NCBI GenBank assembly: GCA_963677435.1
Contig: OY781945.1
Location: 32,001 to 96,000 of the forward strand
DNA length: 64,000 bases
Direction of reading: 5' to 3'
DNA from: an uncultured Aliarcobacter sp.
GTDB taxonomy: Bacteria; Campylobacterota; Campylobacteria; Campylobacterales; Arcobacteraceae
Shown: positions 40,072 to 50,490 of the stretch, one piece after another
Layout: every line of letters starts with the position of its first letter
Numbering within the stretch: position 1 is the first letter of the stretch
The notes under the pieces: model-generated
The model's input: only the letters and a program-made list of their open reading frames with translations
Told to the model about the DNA's origin: nothing
The model's database searches: none
Position numbers and translations under genes: made by a program

Positions 40072-41001
40072 TTGGACGCTTTTGATTCAAGAAAGAAACA
40101 AAGAGAATTGAATGAAAGATTAATTAAAATAGCTTTAATCTGTGCAGCAGGAATCTCTATTCTAACTACATTTGGAATCTTATTTTCAATATTATTTGAA
40201 GCAATAGAATTTTTTAAATTAAGAAGTTTTTGGTACTTTATATCAGGAACAATCTGGTCACCAGGAGTAATTGGCAGTCAGTTTGGTGCCTTACCAATAT
40301 TTTCAGGTACATTCATAATAACACTTATTGCTCTAGCTGTTGCTATTCCAATTGGCCTTGGAAGTGCAATTTATATGAGTGAATATGCTAGTTCAAATCT
40401 AAGAGATTATTTAAAACCTATGCTTGAAGTACTAGCTGGTATTCCAACTGTTGTTTATGGTTTTTTTGCAGCAATTACAGTTGCTCCATTTGTTGTAAAA
40501 GTTGCAGAAGTTGTTGGGCTTGAAGCTACATTTAATTCTGCACTTGCATCTGGAATTGTAATGGGAATTATGATTATTCCTGTAATTTCATCACTATCTG
40601 ATGATGTAATTCGTGCAGTTCCAGATAGTCAAAGAAAAGCAGCTTTTGCATTAGGAATGACTCATGGGGAAACTATTAAAAATATTGTTTTACCATCTGC
40701 AATGCCAGGAATTATTTCAGCTTCACTATTAGCTCTTTCAAAAGCATTAGGGGAGACTATGATTGTTGTTATGGCAGCAGGATTGAGACCAAATCTTTCA
40801 TGGAATCCCCTTGAAGATATGACAACTGTTACAGTTACAATTGTTAATTCACTTGTTGGGGATTTTGAATTTAATTCACCTGAAACACTTTCAGCTTTTG
40901 CATTAGGATTAGTATTATTTATTGTAACTTTGATATTAAATATGATTTCACTATCACTAATTAGAAAATTCAAGGAAAAATATAAAGTGAATACATTATG
41001 A
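40072..41001 (+). CDS. pstC: Phosphate ABC transporter permease PstC
   Basis: LAGIPTVVYG, SKALGETM; TTG start. Confidence 0.95.
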   Translation: MDAFDSRKKQRELNERLIKIALICAAGISILTTFGILFSILFEAIEFFKLRSFWYFISGTIWSPGVIGSQFGALPIFSGTFIITLIALAVAIPIGLGSAIYMSEYASSNLRDYLKPMLEVLAGIPTVVYGFFAAITVAPFVVKVAEVVGLEATFNSALASGIVMGIMIIPVISSLSDDVIRAVPDSQRKAAFALGMTHGETIKNIVLPSAMPGIISASLLALSKALGETMIVVMAAGLRPNLSWNPLEDMTTVTVTIVNSLVGDFEFNSPETLSAFALGLVLFIVTLILNMISLSLIRKFKEKYKVNTL

Positions 41002-42185
41002 TTAAAAGAAAAAAGAAGAATAAACAAGATAATCCATTTTACGATCCAAACTTAAAAAAACGACATGCAAGTGCAAGAAGATTTAAAAAATTCACATTAA
41101 CTTCATTAGTTTTTTCAATTGCATTTTTATCATTTTTTCTTTTTGATATCATAGGGAAAGGATTACCAGCATTCAAAGCAGCCTACATACATCTTGAGGT
41201 TAATTACAATGAAAAATCATTAGATGATACAAGATTTGCTGTTGATAAGAAATATAGAAGTCTTGTATCAAGAGCATGGCTTAGAGACATTCCAAATAAG
41301 CTAAGAGAAAACCCAAAGTTATTGAATACAACTCAAACAACTTGGGTTTTAGCAGATGACCAAGTTGATCAATATTTAAAAGGTCATCATCATAAATTAA
41401 AAGATAAAGAGATTACTTTAGTTGAAGAGTTATATGCTCAAGGCATAATCAAAAATAAATTCAACACTATTTTCTTTACAAATGGTGACTCAAAAATTCC
41501 TGAATATGCTGGTTTATATTCTGCAATGGTGGGTTCTGTTCTTACTTTGATAATTACAATGGTTGTTGCCTTTCCTATTGGAGTAATGACTGCAATTTAT
41601 CTTGAGGAATTTGAAACTGATAATAAATTTACAAGATTTATTGAAATAAATATTAATAATCTAGCAGCAATTCCTTCAATATTATTTGGTCTTTTAGGAC
41701 TTGCAATATTTATTAATCTTTTTGGAATGCCAAGATCTTCACCTTTAGTTGGTGGATTAACTTTAGCACTTATGACATTGCCAATTATAATTGTTAGTTC
41801 AAGAGCAGCGCTAAGAGCTGTTCCTGATAGTATAAGACAAGCTGGATATGGATTGGGACTAAATAAAATTCAAGTAACAAGGGATCATGTTTTACCTTTA
41901 GCATTTCCTGGTGTATTAACAGGTTCAATTATTGGTTTAGCCCAAGCAATGGGTGAAACAGCACCTTTAATTATCATAGGAATGATTGCTTTTATTCCCG
42001 ATGCTCCAACAATGGTGACACAAGCTGCAACTGTAATGCCAGCACAGTTATTCACATGGGCAGGAATGCCAGAGGGAACATATATCGAAAAAACAGCTGC
42101 TGGAATTATGGTGTTATTAACAATATTAATCTCACTAAATACAGTTGCTATTTATTTGAGAAAAAAATTTGAAGTTAAATGGTAA
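40998..42185 (+). CDS. pstA: Phosphate ABC transporter permease PstA
   Basis: NLAAIPSILFG, AQAMGETAPL. Confidence 0.95.
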   Translation: MIKRKKKNKQDNPFYDPNLKKRHASARRFKKFTLTSLVFSIAFLSFFLFDIIGKGLPAFKAAYIHLEVNYNEKSLDDTRFAVDKKYRSLVSRAWLRDIPNKLRENPKLLNTTQTTWVLADDQVDQYLKGHHHKLKDKEITLVEELYAQGIIKNKFNTIFFTNGDSKIPEYAGLYSAMVGSVLTLIITMVVAFPIGVMTAIYLEEFETDNKFTRFIEININNLAAIPSILFGLLGLAIFINLFGMPRSSPLVGGLTLALMTLPIIIVSSRAALRAVPDSIRQAGYGLGLNKIQVTRDHVLPLAFPGVLTGSIIGLAQAMGETAPLIIIGMIAFIPDAPTMVTQAATVMPAQLFTWAGMPEGTYIEKTAAGIMVLLTILISLNTVAIYLRKKFEVKW

Positions 42186-42196
42186 TAAGGTAAATA

Positions 42197-42970
42197 ATGA
42201 TAACAAATGATAACAAAACAAAAATTGATATAAAAAATTTAAACCTATATTATGGAGCGAATCAAGCACTATTTGATATTACAGCCGAATTATATGAAAA
42301 TAAAATCACAGCTCTAATAGGACCATCAGGTTGTGGAAAATCTACATTTTTAAGATGTCTTAATAGAATGAATGACTTAATTCCTACAGTAAAAATTGAT
42401 GGTTCTATCGTTATTGACAATAAAAATATATATGATAGAGATGTGGATGAAGTTAGTGTTAGAAAAAGAGTGGGAATGGTATTTCAACAACCAAATCCTT
42501 TTCCAAAATCAATCTATGACAATGTGGCATATGCTCCATTAAAACATGGAATTATAAGAAAAGGAAAAGATTGCGATGAGTTAGTTGAAACTTCACTTAT
42601 TAAATCTGGACTTTGGAATGAGGTAAAAGATAAATTAAATCAAGCAGGAACTTCACTTTCAGGAGGACAACAACAAAGATTATGTATTGCAAGAACAATA
42701 GCAATTAAACCAGAAGTTATTTTAATGGATGAGCCAACAAGCGCCCTTGACCCAATTAGTACAGAAAAAATTGAAGCTTTAATGCTTGAATTAAAACAAG
42801 ACTATACAATAATAACAGTTACGCATAATATGCAACAAGCAGCAAGAGTTGCAGATTACACAGCTTTTTTCCATTTAGGAAAATTAATTGAATATGATGA
42901 AACAGAGACTATCTTTGTTAATCCTAATAACAAAAAAACAGAAGATTATATTACAGGGAGATTTGGATAA
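42197..42970 (+). CDS. pstB: Phosphate ABC transporter ATPase
   Basis: [40 protein letters not shown]. Confidence 0.97.
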   Translation: MITNDNKTKIDIKNLNLYYGANQALFDITAELYENKITALIGPSGCGKSTFLRCLNRMNDLIPTVKIDGSIVIDNKNIYDRDVDEVSVRKRVGMVFQQPNPFPKSIYDNVAYAPLKHGIIRKGKDCDELVETSLIKSGLWNEVKDKLNQAGTSLSGGQQQRLCIARTIAIKPEVILMDEPTSALDPISTEKIEALMLELKQDYTIITVTHNMQQAARVADYTAFFHLGKLIEYDETETIFVNPNNKKTEDYITGRFG

Positions 42971-43638
42971 TGTTAAAGCCTTATGAAGCAAAATTACAAA
43001 GTGTAAAAGATGAAATATCGAAAATTGGTGTTGAAGTTATAGATTCATTAGAACTATCTTTAAGAGCATTGGAAGACAAAAAAATTGATGATTTAAAAAA
43101 TGTTGTAATTACTGAAAAAAAACTTTTAGTAAGATCAAATGAAATTGATAATCTTATAGTTACCACTTTAGCTTTATATTCACCAGAAGCAAAGGATTTA
43201 AGACAATTAGTTTCTTATTTAAAAATTACAAATGAATTAGTGAGAACAGGTTCAAATACAAAAGATTTTTCAAAAATGTTTAAAAAATCATATTCAGATG
43301 ATTTAAATACAAGTATGATTTTAGAATATGCAATTCCATTATTAAAATCAGCACTTCTTTCATTAAAAACAGCTATTTCAATCATTGATGAAACAAATGC
43401 AAAACATATTGAAGAGAAATACCATAGAGTTATGGTTGAAGAGAGTAAAACAGATGATTTATATTTAATGATTGAGAAAAATATTTTAAAATTAATCTCA
43501 AAAAATTTAGATTTATCAAAAGAGTATTTTGACATATTAAGTGCACTAAGAAGACTTGAGAAAATAGCAGATAGAGCTGTATCAATTGCCAATTTATTGC
43601 ACTTTGCACAAGTTGGTGGGGATATGGTACAATCATAA
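42970..43638 (+). CDS. phoU: Phosphate signalling protein PhoU
   Basis: PEAKDLR, RLEKIADRAVSIA; follows pstB. Confidence 0.88.
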   Translation: MLKPYEAKLQSVKDEISKIGVEVIDSLELSLRALEDKKIDDLKNVVITEKKLLVRSNEIDNLIVTTLALYSPEAKDLRQLVSYLKITNELVRTGSNTKDFSKMFKKSYSDDLNTSMILEYAIPLLKSALLSLKTAISIIDETNAKHIEEKYHRVMVEESKTDDLYLMIEKNILKLISKNLDLSKEYFDILSALRRLEKIADRAVSIANLLHFAQVGGDMVQS

Positions 43639-43660
43639 TATTTATGGTACAATTCACCAA

Positions 43661-44110
43661 ATGAAAAAAGCTTTAAACAAAATAAAAAACTACTTCAGTA
43701 CAAACTTTGAAGTCCTTGCAGCAATGTTTATTTTAATAATAGTATTAATTGCTGGCATAGACTTTTATAAAGCTATCATCTTAATGTTAGAGTTTATTGT
43801 TATTATGGAAGTTGTGAAAATGATTTCAGATTTTATCAAAAAAGAGACTTTGAGATTAAGATATGTTATTGATATTTTTATCATTTTCTTAATCCGTGAT
43901 GTAATAATTCTAACAACAAATAAAAATCGAGATTACTTTGATATTACATTTTTATTATTTGTAATTTTTGTATTTTTTATATTTAGGATTCTTGCTATTA
44001 AGTTCTCTCCAGGAATTATTAAGATTTCAAAAGATACAGTGATTGAATATGATGATGATAGACCAAATAAAAAAGTTGTAACACAAAAAGAGTCAAACCA
44101 AGATGAATAA
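43661..44110 (+). CDS. Phosphate-starvation-inducible PsiE family membrane protein
   Basis: LEFIVIMEVVKMI, LRYVIDIFIIFLIRDVII; lies in pho locus. Confidence 0.75.
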   Translation: MKKALNKIKNYFSTNFEVLAAMFILIIVLIAGIDFYKAIILMLEFIVIMEVVKMISDFIKKETLRLRYVIDIFIIFLIRDVIILTTNKNRDYFDITFLLFVIFVFFIFRILAIKFSPGIIKISKDTVIEYDDDRPNKKVVTQKESNQDE

Positions 44111-44777
44111 TAAACTAATTTTAATTGTTGAAGATGAAGAAGATATTTTAGAACTTCTAGAATATACTCTGCAAAAAGAGGGTTATGAAACTATTGGTTT
44201 TTTAACTATTGATAAAAATGTTAGAAATATCTTAAATGAAGAACATATTGATTTAATTTTAATGGATAGAAATCTTCCTGGAATTGAGGGAACTACTTTT
44301 ATTAATGAAATTAAACAACAAGGTTATAGTAATCCTGTAATTTATGTAACAGCCAAAGATAAAGATGAAGATATAATCGATGGTTTCGACAGCCATGCAG
44401 ATGATTATATTACAAAACCTTTTAATATGAAAGAGTTATGTGCAAGAATCAAAGCTGTTATAAAAAGAACATCAAAAGATATTGATATTTTAAAAGTAAA
44501 AGATATTGTATATAAAGCTTCAAATAAAAAGTTTTATATAGAAGATAAAGAGATAGATTTAACTCACCTTGAACATGATTTATTACTTGAATTTATTAAA
44601 AATAAAGATATTTTAATGACAAGAGAACATCTATTAAATAGTGTTTGGCAAGACTCTTTTGATAAAAAAGAAAAAACTGTAAATGTTGCAATAAAAAGAC
44701 TAAAAGCAAAGATTGATCCCAAAGGGGATAAAGATTATATCCGTTCAATTAGAGGTGAAGGTTACATTTTTTGCTAA
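44103..44777 (+). CDS. OmpR/PhoB family response regulator (PhoB/PhosR-like)
   Basis: VEDE, MDRNLP, TAK, DDYITKPF, wHTH IRSIRGEGY. Confidence 0.92.
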   Translation: MNNKLILIVEDEEDILELLEYTLQKEGYETIGFLTIDKNVRNILNEEHIDLILMDRNLPGIEGTTFINEIKQQGYSNPVIYVTAKDKDEDIIDGFDSHADDYITKPFNMKELCARIKAVIKRTSKDIDILKVKDIVYKASNKKFYIEDKEIDLTHLEHDLLLEFIKNKDILMTREHLLNSVWQDSFDKKEKTVNVAIKRLKAKIDPKGDKDYIRSIRGEGYIFC

Positions 44778-46159
44778 GAATACATCAACTTTTTATAAGA
44801 ACTTATACCTCAATCTTTCTAGCTATTTTGGTAACTTTGACCATAATTACATATTTTTGGTCAAAAAATATCTATTTAAATTTAATTGAAAAAAACTTAT
44901 TACAAAATATTGAAACTCTATCTATCGTTTTCAAAGATAAAAATGATTTAAATGATATTACAAATATTGTACATAACTTACATGAAAAACTAAATCTTAG
45001 AATAACTGTTATAAATGAGTTAGGAGTTGTAATTGCAGATAGTGATAAAACGGAACTATCTTTAATCAAAAATCATTTAAATAGAAAAGAGATAATTGAA
45101 GCGACAAATAAAGAGATAGGAACCGATACCAGAAAATCTGAGACTATAAATAAAGAGCTTATGTATATAGCAAAAAAGATTATTATTGCTGATCATATTT
45201 ATTATATAAGAATGGCTGATTATGTAAGTGCCATTACAGATAATTTTGTAAGTCTTACCTTAGAAATTTTCATGTTTATATCATTTTTTTTAATCATTGC
45301 ATTTTTAGCAACATATTTTATTAGTCTTCGTATAAAAAAAGAAACAGATGATATCCTTCATTTTTTAACTCTATTAGCTCAAAAGAAGTCTTCTGCAATA
45401 ATGAATTCAAAATATACATATGAATTTTATAGAATTACAAAACTTCTAAATAAAGTTGCATTAAAACTTTCAAAAAGAGAGAAACAAAAAGCAAAACAAA
45501 ATGCAAAATTAAAACTTGCAAATAGACAAAAAGATGAAATTATCTCTGCAATTTCCCATGAATTCAAAAATCCAATTGCAATTATTTCAGGTTATAGTGA
45601 AACTATTTTAAATGACAATCAAATGCCACAAGCTATGAAAACAAAATTTTTACATAAAATTTATTCAAATGCAAATAAGATGTCTCATATAATTGATAAA
45701 TTAAGATTAACTCTAAAATTGGAAGAAGGAAAACAAGAATTGATGTTGATTCCTTGCTCTATGAAAAAATTAATAGAAACTTGTGTTTGTGATTTAAAAG
45801 ATAAATATAAAAACAGAGAAATAGTAATTTTAGGAGAAGATGTAACTCTAAAAGTTGATGAAACTCTTATTTCAATGGCCATTTCTAATTTGATTGAGAA
45901 CTCTTTAAAATATTCAGAGGATGAAATTATTGTAAATATTTCACCAAACTCTATTTGTATCACAGATAAAGGTATAGGAATAGAAGAAAAAGAGTTAGAA
46001 AAAATAAATCAGAAGTTTTATAGAATTTCAAATAATGGATGGAACAATTCCCTTGGATTGGGACTTTTTATCGTTCAATCAGTGTTATCTTTACATAATT
46101 TTACACTTGAAATTCATTCTGAATTTAAAATAGGTTCACAATTTTCAATAAAATATTAA
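44771..46159 (+). CDS. Sensor histidine kinase (PhoR/PhosS-like)
   Basis: 2 TM; NHLNRKEI sensor motif; SHEFKNP; NLIENSLKYS; DKGIGI; GLGLFIV. Confidence 0.92.
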   Translation: MLRIHQLFIRTYTSIFLAILVTLTIITYFWSKNIYLNLIEKNLLQNIETLSIVFKDKNDLNDITNIVHNLHEKLNLRITVINELGVVIADSDKTELSLIKNHLNRKEIIEATNKEIGTDTRKSETINKELMYIAKKIIIADHIYYIRMADYVSAITDNFVSLTLEIFMFISFFLIIAFLATYFISLRIKKETDDILHFLTLLAQKKSSAIMNSKYTYEFYRITKLLNKVALKLSKREKQKAKQNAKLKLANRQKDEIISAISHEFKNPIAIISGYSETILNDNQMPQAMKTKFLHKIYSNANKMSHIIDKLRLTLKLEEGKQELMLIPCSMKKLIETCVCDLKDKYKNREIVILGEDVTLKVDETLISMAISNLIENSLKYSEDEIIVNISPNSICITDKGIGIEEKELEKINQKFYRISNNGWNNSLGLGLFIVQSVLSLHNFTLEIHSEFKIGSQFSIKY

Positions 46160-46234
46160 TATATACTTAATTTAAGTAAATATTAAGCATTACTACACTA
46201 TTATTTCACCTCATTAAAAAAGCGGAGAAAATAA

Positions 46235-46654
46235 ATGAAATTTACTCAAATGGCACATGCTAACGAAATCGAAAGAGATTGGATAGTAGTTGATGCAACT
46301 GATAAAGTATTCGGAAGAATTATTACAGAAGTTGCTACTATCTTAAGAGGGAAAAACAAACCTTGTTTTACACCAAATGTAGACTGTGGAGATTTTGTTG
46401 TTATTATAAATGCATCAAAAGCAAAATTTTCTGGTAAAAAATTAGAAAGTAAAAATTACTTTACACACTCAGGTTATTTTGGTAGTACAAAAACTCACAA
46501 AATGTCTGAAATGTTTGAAAAAAATCCAGAAAAATTATACAAACTAGCTACTAGAGGTATGCTTCCAAAAACTACTCTTGGAAAAGCTATGTTAAAAAAA
46601 TTAAAAGTATATGCAGGAAGTGAACACCCTCATACTGCGCAAATTAAAGGATAA
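46235..46654 (+). CDS. rplM: 50S ribosomal protein L13
   Basis: [36 protein letters not shown]. Confidence 0.98.
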   Translation: MKFTQMAHANEIERDWIVVDATDKVFGRIITEVATILRGKNKPCFTPNVDCGDFVVIINASKAKFSGKKLESKNYFTHSGYFGSTKTHKMSEMFEKNPEKLYKLATRGMLPKTTLGKAMLKKLKVYAGSEHPHTAQIKG

Positions 46655-46659
46655 GAGTA

Positions 46660-47049
46660 ATGGCAAAAGTATATGCAACTGGAAGAAGAAAAACAGCTGT
46701 AGCAAAAGTATGGCTAGAAAATGGTAATGGTCAATTAACAATTAATGGTCAAACTTTAGATGCTTGGTTAGGTGGTCACGAATCAATCAAAAAAAGAGTT
46801 ATGCAACCATTAAATGTTGCTAAACAAGAAACTTCTGTAAACATTATAGTAAAAACTCTTGGTGGTGGATATTCTGCACAAGCTGATGCTGCAAGACACG
46901 GTATTTCAAGAGCATTAGTTGCTTTTGATGAGCAATTCAGAGCTATCTTAAAACCTTATGGTTTATTAACAAGAGATTCAAGATCTGTAGAGAGAAAAAA
47001 ATTCGGAAAGAAAAAAGCAAGAAAATCTTCTCAATTCTCAAAAAGATAA
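46660..47049 (+). CDS. rpsI: 30S ribosomal protein S9
   Basis: [30 protein letters not shown]. Confidence 0.98.
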   Translation: MAKVYATGRRKTAVAKVWLENGNGQLTINGQTLDAWLGGHESIKKRVMQPLNVAKQETSVNIIVKTLGGGYSAQADAARHGISRALVAFDEQFRAILKPYGLLTRDSRSVERKKFGKKKARKSSQFSKR

Positions 47050-47084
47050 TTGTTATTTCGAAGAGTATATTTCTTACTATTCTC

Positions 47085-47117
47085 AAAAAAGGAGCGACAA
47101 ATGTTGCTCCTTTTTTT
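47085..47117 (+). terminator. Terminator of rplM-rpsI
   Basis: GGAGCGACA/TGTTGCTCC stem followed by T7. Confidence 0.88.
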
Positions 47118-47153
47118 ATGCACTTTTTTATAAAAAAACTATACAATACTTTC

Positions 47154-48668
47154 ATGAAAAAGTTAACCCTACTCTTATTTACAATACAATTTTTGTTATT
47201 TACTGCAAGTGCAAGTACCTTAAATCTATCAATGAGTTCAAGTCCTAGTAGATTAAATCCTATTTTATCAAATGACACAGCTAGTAGTGAAATATCTGAT
47301 TGGCTCTTTAATGGTTTATTCAAATATGATAAAGATGGAAAACCTACTGTTGAATTAGCCAAATCTTATAACTTTGAAACTCCAACCAAATTAATTATAA
47401 AACTAAGAGATAATGTTCTTTGGCATGATAATGAAAAGTTCACATCAAAAGATGTAATTTTTACTTATGAAAAAATCATTGATCCAAAAGTATTTAATTC
47501 TATTAAATCAAATTTTAAACAAGTACAAAGCGTGAAAGCAATAGATGACTATACTATTGAAGTAATTTATAAAGAACCCTACTTCAAAGCTTTGGAGACT
47601 TGGATGGTAGGTATTCTTCCTTATCATATTTTAAAAGATGAAAAAGATTTAATGACAAGTTCATTTAATAAAAATCCAATAGGAACTGGTTCTTATAAAT
47701 TAAAAGATTTTAAACAAGGTCAAGATATTGAACTAATTGCAAATGATAAATTTTTTGATGGAAGACCAAAAATTGATAAAATCTTATATAAGTTTCTTCC
47801 AGATCCTAATACTTCTTTTTTATATTTAAAACAAAAAAAACTTGATATTGGAGGATTAGATCCTATTCAAGTAGATAGACAAATAGATAATGAATTTAAA
47901 AAGAACTATACAATAATTCAAAAGCCTAGTTTCACTTATGCTTATTTGGGCTTTAATTTAAAAAATGAAAAATTTAAAGATATACGAATTAGACAAGCTT
48001 TATCATTAGCTATAAATAGACAAGAGTTAGTTGATATTTTGTTTTTTGGTTATGGAAAAGTTTGTAATGGACCTTTTTTACCAGGTTCATTTGCTTTTAA
48101 TGATGAAGTAAAAACCATACAACAAGATATACCAAAAGCAAAAAAACTTTTAAAAGAAGCAGGATATGATGAAAATCATCCTTTTACTTTTGAAATAGTT
48201 ACAAATACAGGAAATGACACAAGAATAAATGCTGCTCAAATATTACAATACCAGCTAAGAAAAGCTGGAATTATTATGAATATAAGAGTTATGGAGTGGC
48301 AAGCTTTTTTAAATACAGTTGTTCATCCAAGAAAATTTGAGGCTGTACTTTTAGGTTGGGCATTAGCATTAATGCCTGATGCATATCCAATTTGGCATAG
48401 TTCAAGTAGTAAACTTGGAGGATTTAATTTTGTTTCTTATGAAAATCCTGAAGTGGATACCTTAATTGAAGAGGGAAGCAAAACTATAAATAGAGATGAC
48501 TTAGGGAAAATATATAAACAGATTTTCAAAAAAATCACCGATGATTTACCATATCTATTTTTGTATATACCTGATTCAATAAGTGTTGTTAATAAAGATA
48601 TAAAAAATATAGAACCATCTTTTATAGGTATTATGCATAACCAAAAAGATTGGGAAATAGAAGAATAA
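47154..48668 (+). CDS. ABC transporter peptide-binding protein (SBP family 5)
   Basis: Signal MKKLTLLL...ASA; LFNGL, LRDNVLWHD, PIGTGSY, RIRQALSLAINR. Confidence 0.92.
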   Translation: MKKLTLLLFTIQFLLFTASASTLNLSMSSSPSRLNPILSNDTASSEISDWLFNGLFKYDKDGKPTVELAKSYNFETPTKLIIKLRDNVLWHDNEKFTSKDVIFTYEKIIDPKVFNSIKSNFKQVQSVKAIDDYTIEVIYKEPYFKALETWMVGILPYHILKDEKDLMTSSFNKNPIGTGSYKLKDFKQGQDIELIANDKFFDGRPKIDKILYKFLPDPNTSFLYLKQKKLDIGGLDPIQVDRQIDNEFKKNYTIIQKPSFTYAYLGFNLKNEKFKDIRIRQALSLAINRQELVDILFFGYGKVCNGPFLPGSFAFNDEVKTIQQDIPKAKKLLKEAGYDENHPFTFEIVTNTGNDTRINAAQILQYQLRKAGIIMNIRVMEWQAFLNTVVHPRKFEAVLLGWALALMPDAYPIWHSSSSKLGGFNFVSYENPEVDTLIEEGSKTINRDDLGKIYKQIFKKITDDLPYLFLYIPDSISVVNKDIKNIEPSFIGIMHNQKDWEIEE

Positions 48669-48686
48669 AATAAGGATAATAAAAAT

Positions 48687-49340
48687 ATGAATAAAAATAA
48701 GATAATACTTTTTGATTTAGATGGAACTTTAATTGACTCAACGGATGCGATAGTTTCAACTTTTAAACACTCTTTTAAAGAACTAGATTTTGATTTTACA
48801 GGAAATGATGAAAATATTAAATCATTAATTGGTTATCCCCTTGATATTATGTACAAAGAGTTAGGAGTTGAAGAATCAAAAGTATGGGATTTTGTTGATG
48901 CTTATAAAAATAGATATAGAATAATTTCAAGAGAACAAACTTTACTTTTAGAAAATGCTTATGAAGCAGTATATGAAGCATCTTTATTTGCAAGAGTTAG
49001 CGTAGTTACTACAAAAACTAGAATGTATACGATGCCATTGTTAGAGCATTTTAATATAGAACAATTTTTTGAAATAGTAACAGGTAGAGAAAATGTTCAA
49101 AACCCAAAACCACATCCAGAACCAATTTTAATAACACTTGAACAGATGAATTATGATGAAAAGAAAGATTCTGTGTGGATGATTGGAGATACAAAATTAG
49201 ATTTAATCGCTGCAAATGACGCAAATGTAAATTCAATTGGTCTTTTATGTGGATATGGACAAGAAGATGAATTATTAAAATATACAAATATTGTAAAACC
49301 TGATGCATTAAGTGCAATAAATTACATAAAAAGCCTATAA
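48687..49340 (+). CDS. HAD family hydrolase (Gph-like)
   Basis: FDLDGTLIDS, KPHPEP, MIGDT. Confidence 0.92.
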   Translation: MNKNKIILFDLDGTLIDSTDAIVSTFKHSFKELDFDFTGNDENIKSLIGYPLDIMYKELGVEESKVWDFVDAYKNRYRIISREQTLLLENAYEAVYEASLFARVSVVTTKTRMYTMPLLEHFNIEQFFEIVTGRENVQNPKPHPEPILITLEQMNYDEKKDSVWMIGDTKLDLIAANDANVNSIGLLCGYGQEDELLKYTNIVKPDALSAINYIKSL

Positions 49341-49503
49341 TATCATCTTTATTGGACTTAAAAATTGTCTAATTAGTTTTAGAATTACACTTTATAAATA
49401 GATCAATGAATAAAAGTTCATTTAAGCTAAAATTATTTATAATGGATAAGACTAATTTAAAATTTTAAGTCAAATTTAATATTAACAATAAAGGAGAGCC
49501 TCT

Positions 49504-50067
49504 ATGTTAGAAATTAGATGGCATAGTCGTGCTGGACAGGGTGCTGTAACCGGTGCAAAAGGTCTTGGTTCTGTTGTTGCTGAAACTGGTAAACAAGTTC
49601 AAGCTTTTGCTTTTTATGGTTCAGCAAAAAGAGGTGCATCAATGACTGCGTATAACAGAATTGATGATGAACCCATTTTAAATCATGAAAAATATATGCA
49701 GCCTGATTTTGTTTTTATATTAGATCCAGGTCTTGCGGTTACTGATAATATTACTGCTAATGGTAAAGATACAACTAAATATATTATTACTACTCACCTA
49801 AGTAAAGAAGAGTTAATCTCTTTAGTTCCTGAATTAGAAAATATAAAAGATAGAGTATTTATTCTTGACTGTTTCCAAATAGCAAGGGATACTATAGGTA
49901 AAGCTATTCCAAATACTCCAATGCTTGGTGCCTTTATGAAAGTTAGTGGAATGTTTGAACTTGATTATTTTAAAGAAAAAATGAAAGGTGTACTTAAAAA
50001 GTTACCACCAAACGTTATTGATGCAAACATGGTTGCAATCCAACGAGCTTACGATGAAGTTAAGTAA
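49504..50067 (+). CDS. porC: Pyruvate:ferredoxin/flavodoxin oxidoreductase gamma subunit
   Basis: EIRWHSRAGQGAVT, YGSAKRG, PNTPMLGA. Confidence 0.92.
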   Translation: MLEIRWHSRAGQGAVTGAKGLGSVVAETGKQVQAFAFYGSAKRGASMTAYNRIDDEPILNHEKYMQPDFVFILDPGLAVTDNITANGKDTTKYIITTHLSKEELISLVPELENIKDRVFILDCFQIARDTIGKAIPNTPMLGAFMKVSGMFELDYFKEKMKGVLKKLPPNVIDANMVAIQRAYDEVK

Positions 50068-50077
50068 AGGATAAAAA

Positions 50078-50488
50078 ATGAGTAAAACAATTAGCGAAAT
50101 GGGATGGGATGAGTTAGTACCTGGTGCTGCTCTTTTTACATTCAATGGGGATATAAATTATAATATTGCAGATATTCAACCTGAAGATAGAATGTATTCA
50201 GAAACTAGCTCAAAAAGTATGAGTGTAGGTGACTGGAGAGTTATCAAACCAGTTTGGAATTCTGAGACATGTATTGACTGTCAAAATTGTTGGATATTCT
50301 GTCCAGATACATCAATCATTGCAAGAAACAAAGAGATGAAAGGTGTTGATTATGAACACTGTAAAGGGTGTGGATTATGTGTGAGCGTTTGCCCTACAAA
50401 TCCAAAATCTCTTTTAATGTTTAATGAATATGAAACAGTAGAAGATGCTCTTTCAAAATGGCCTGAGAAAAAAAAGAAAGGTGAATAA
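50078..50488 (+). CDS. porD: Pyruvate oxidoreductase delta subunit (2x[4Fe-4S])
   Basis: GDWRVIKP, CIDCQNCWIFCP, CKGCGLCVSVCP. Confidence 0.93.
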   Translation: MSKTISEMGWDELVPGAALFTFNGDINYNIADIQPEDRMYSETSSKSMSVGDWRVIKPVWNSETCIDCQNCWIFCPDTSIIARNKEMKGVDYEHCKGCGLCVSVCPTNPKSLLMFNEYETVEDALSKWPEKKKKGE

Positions 50489-50490
50489 TA

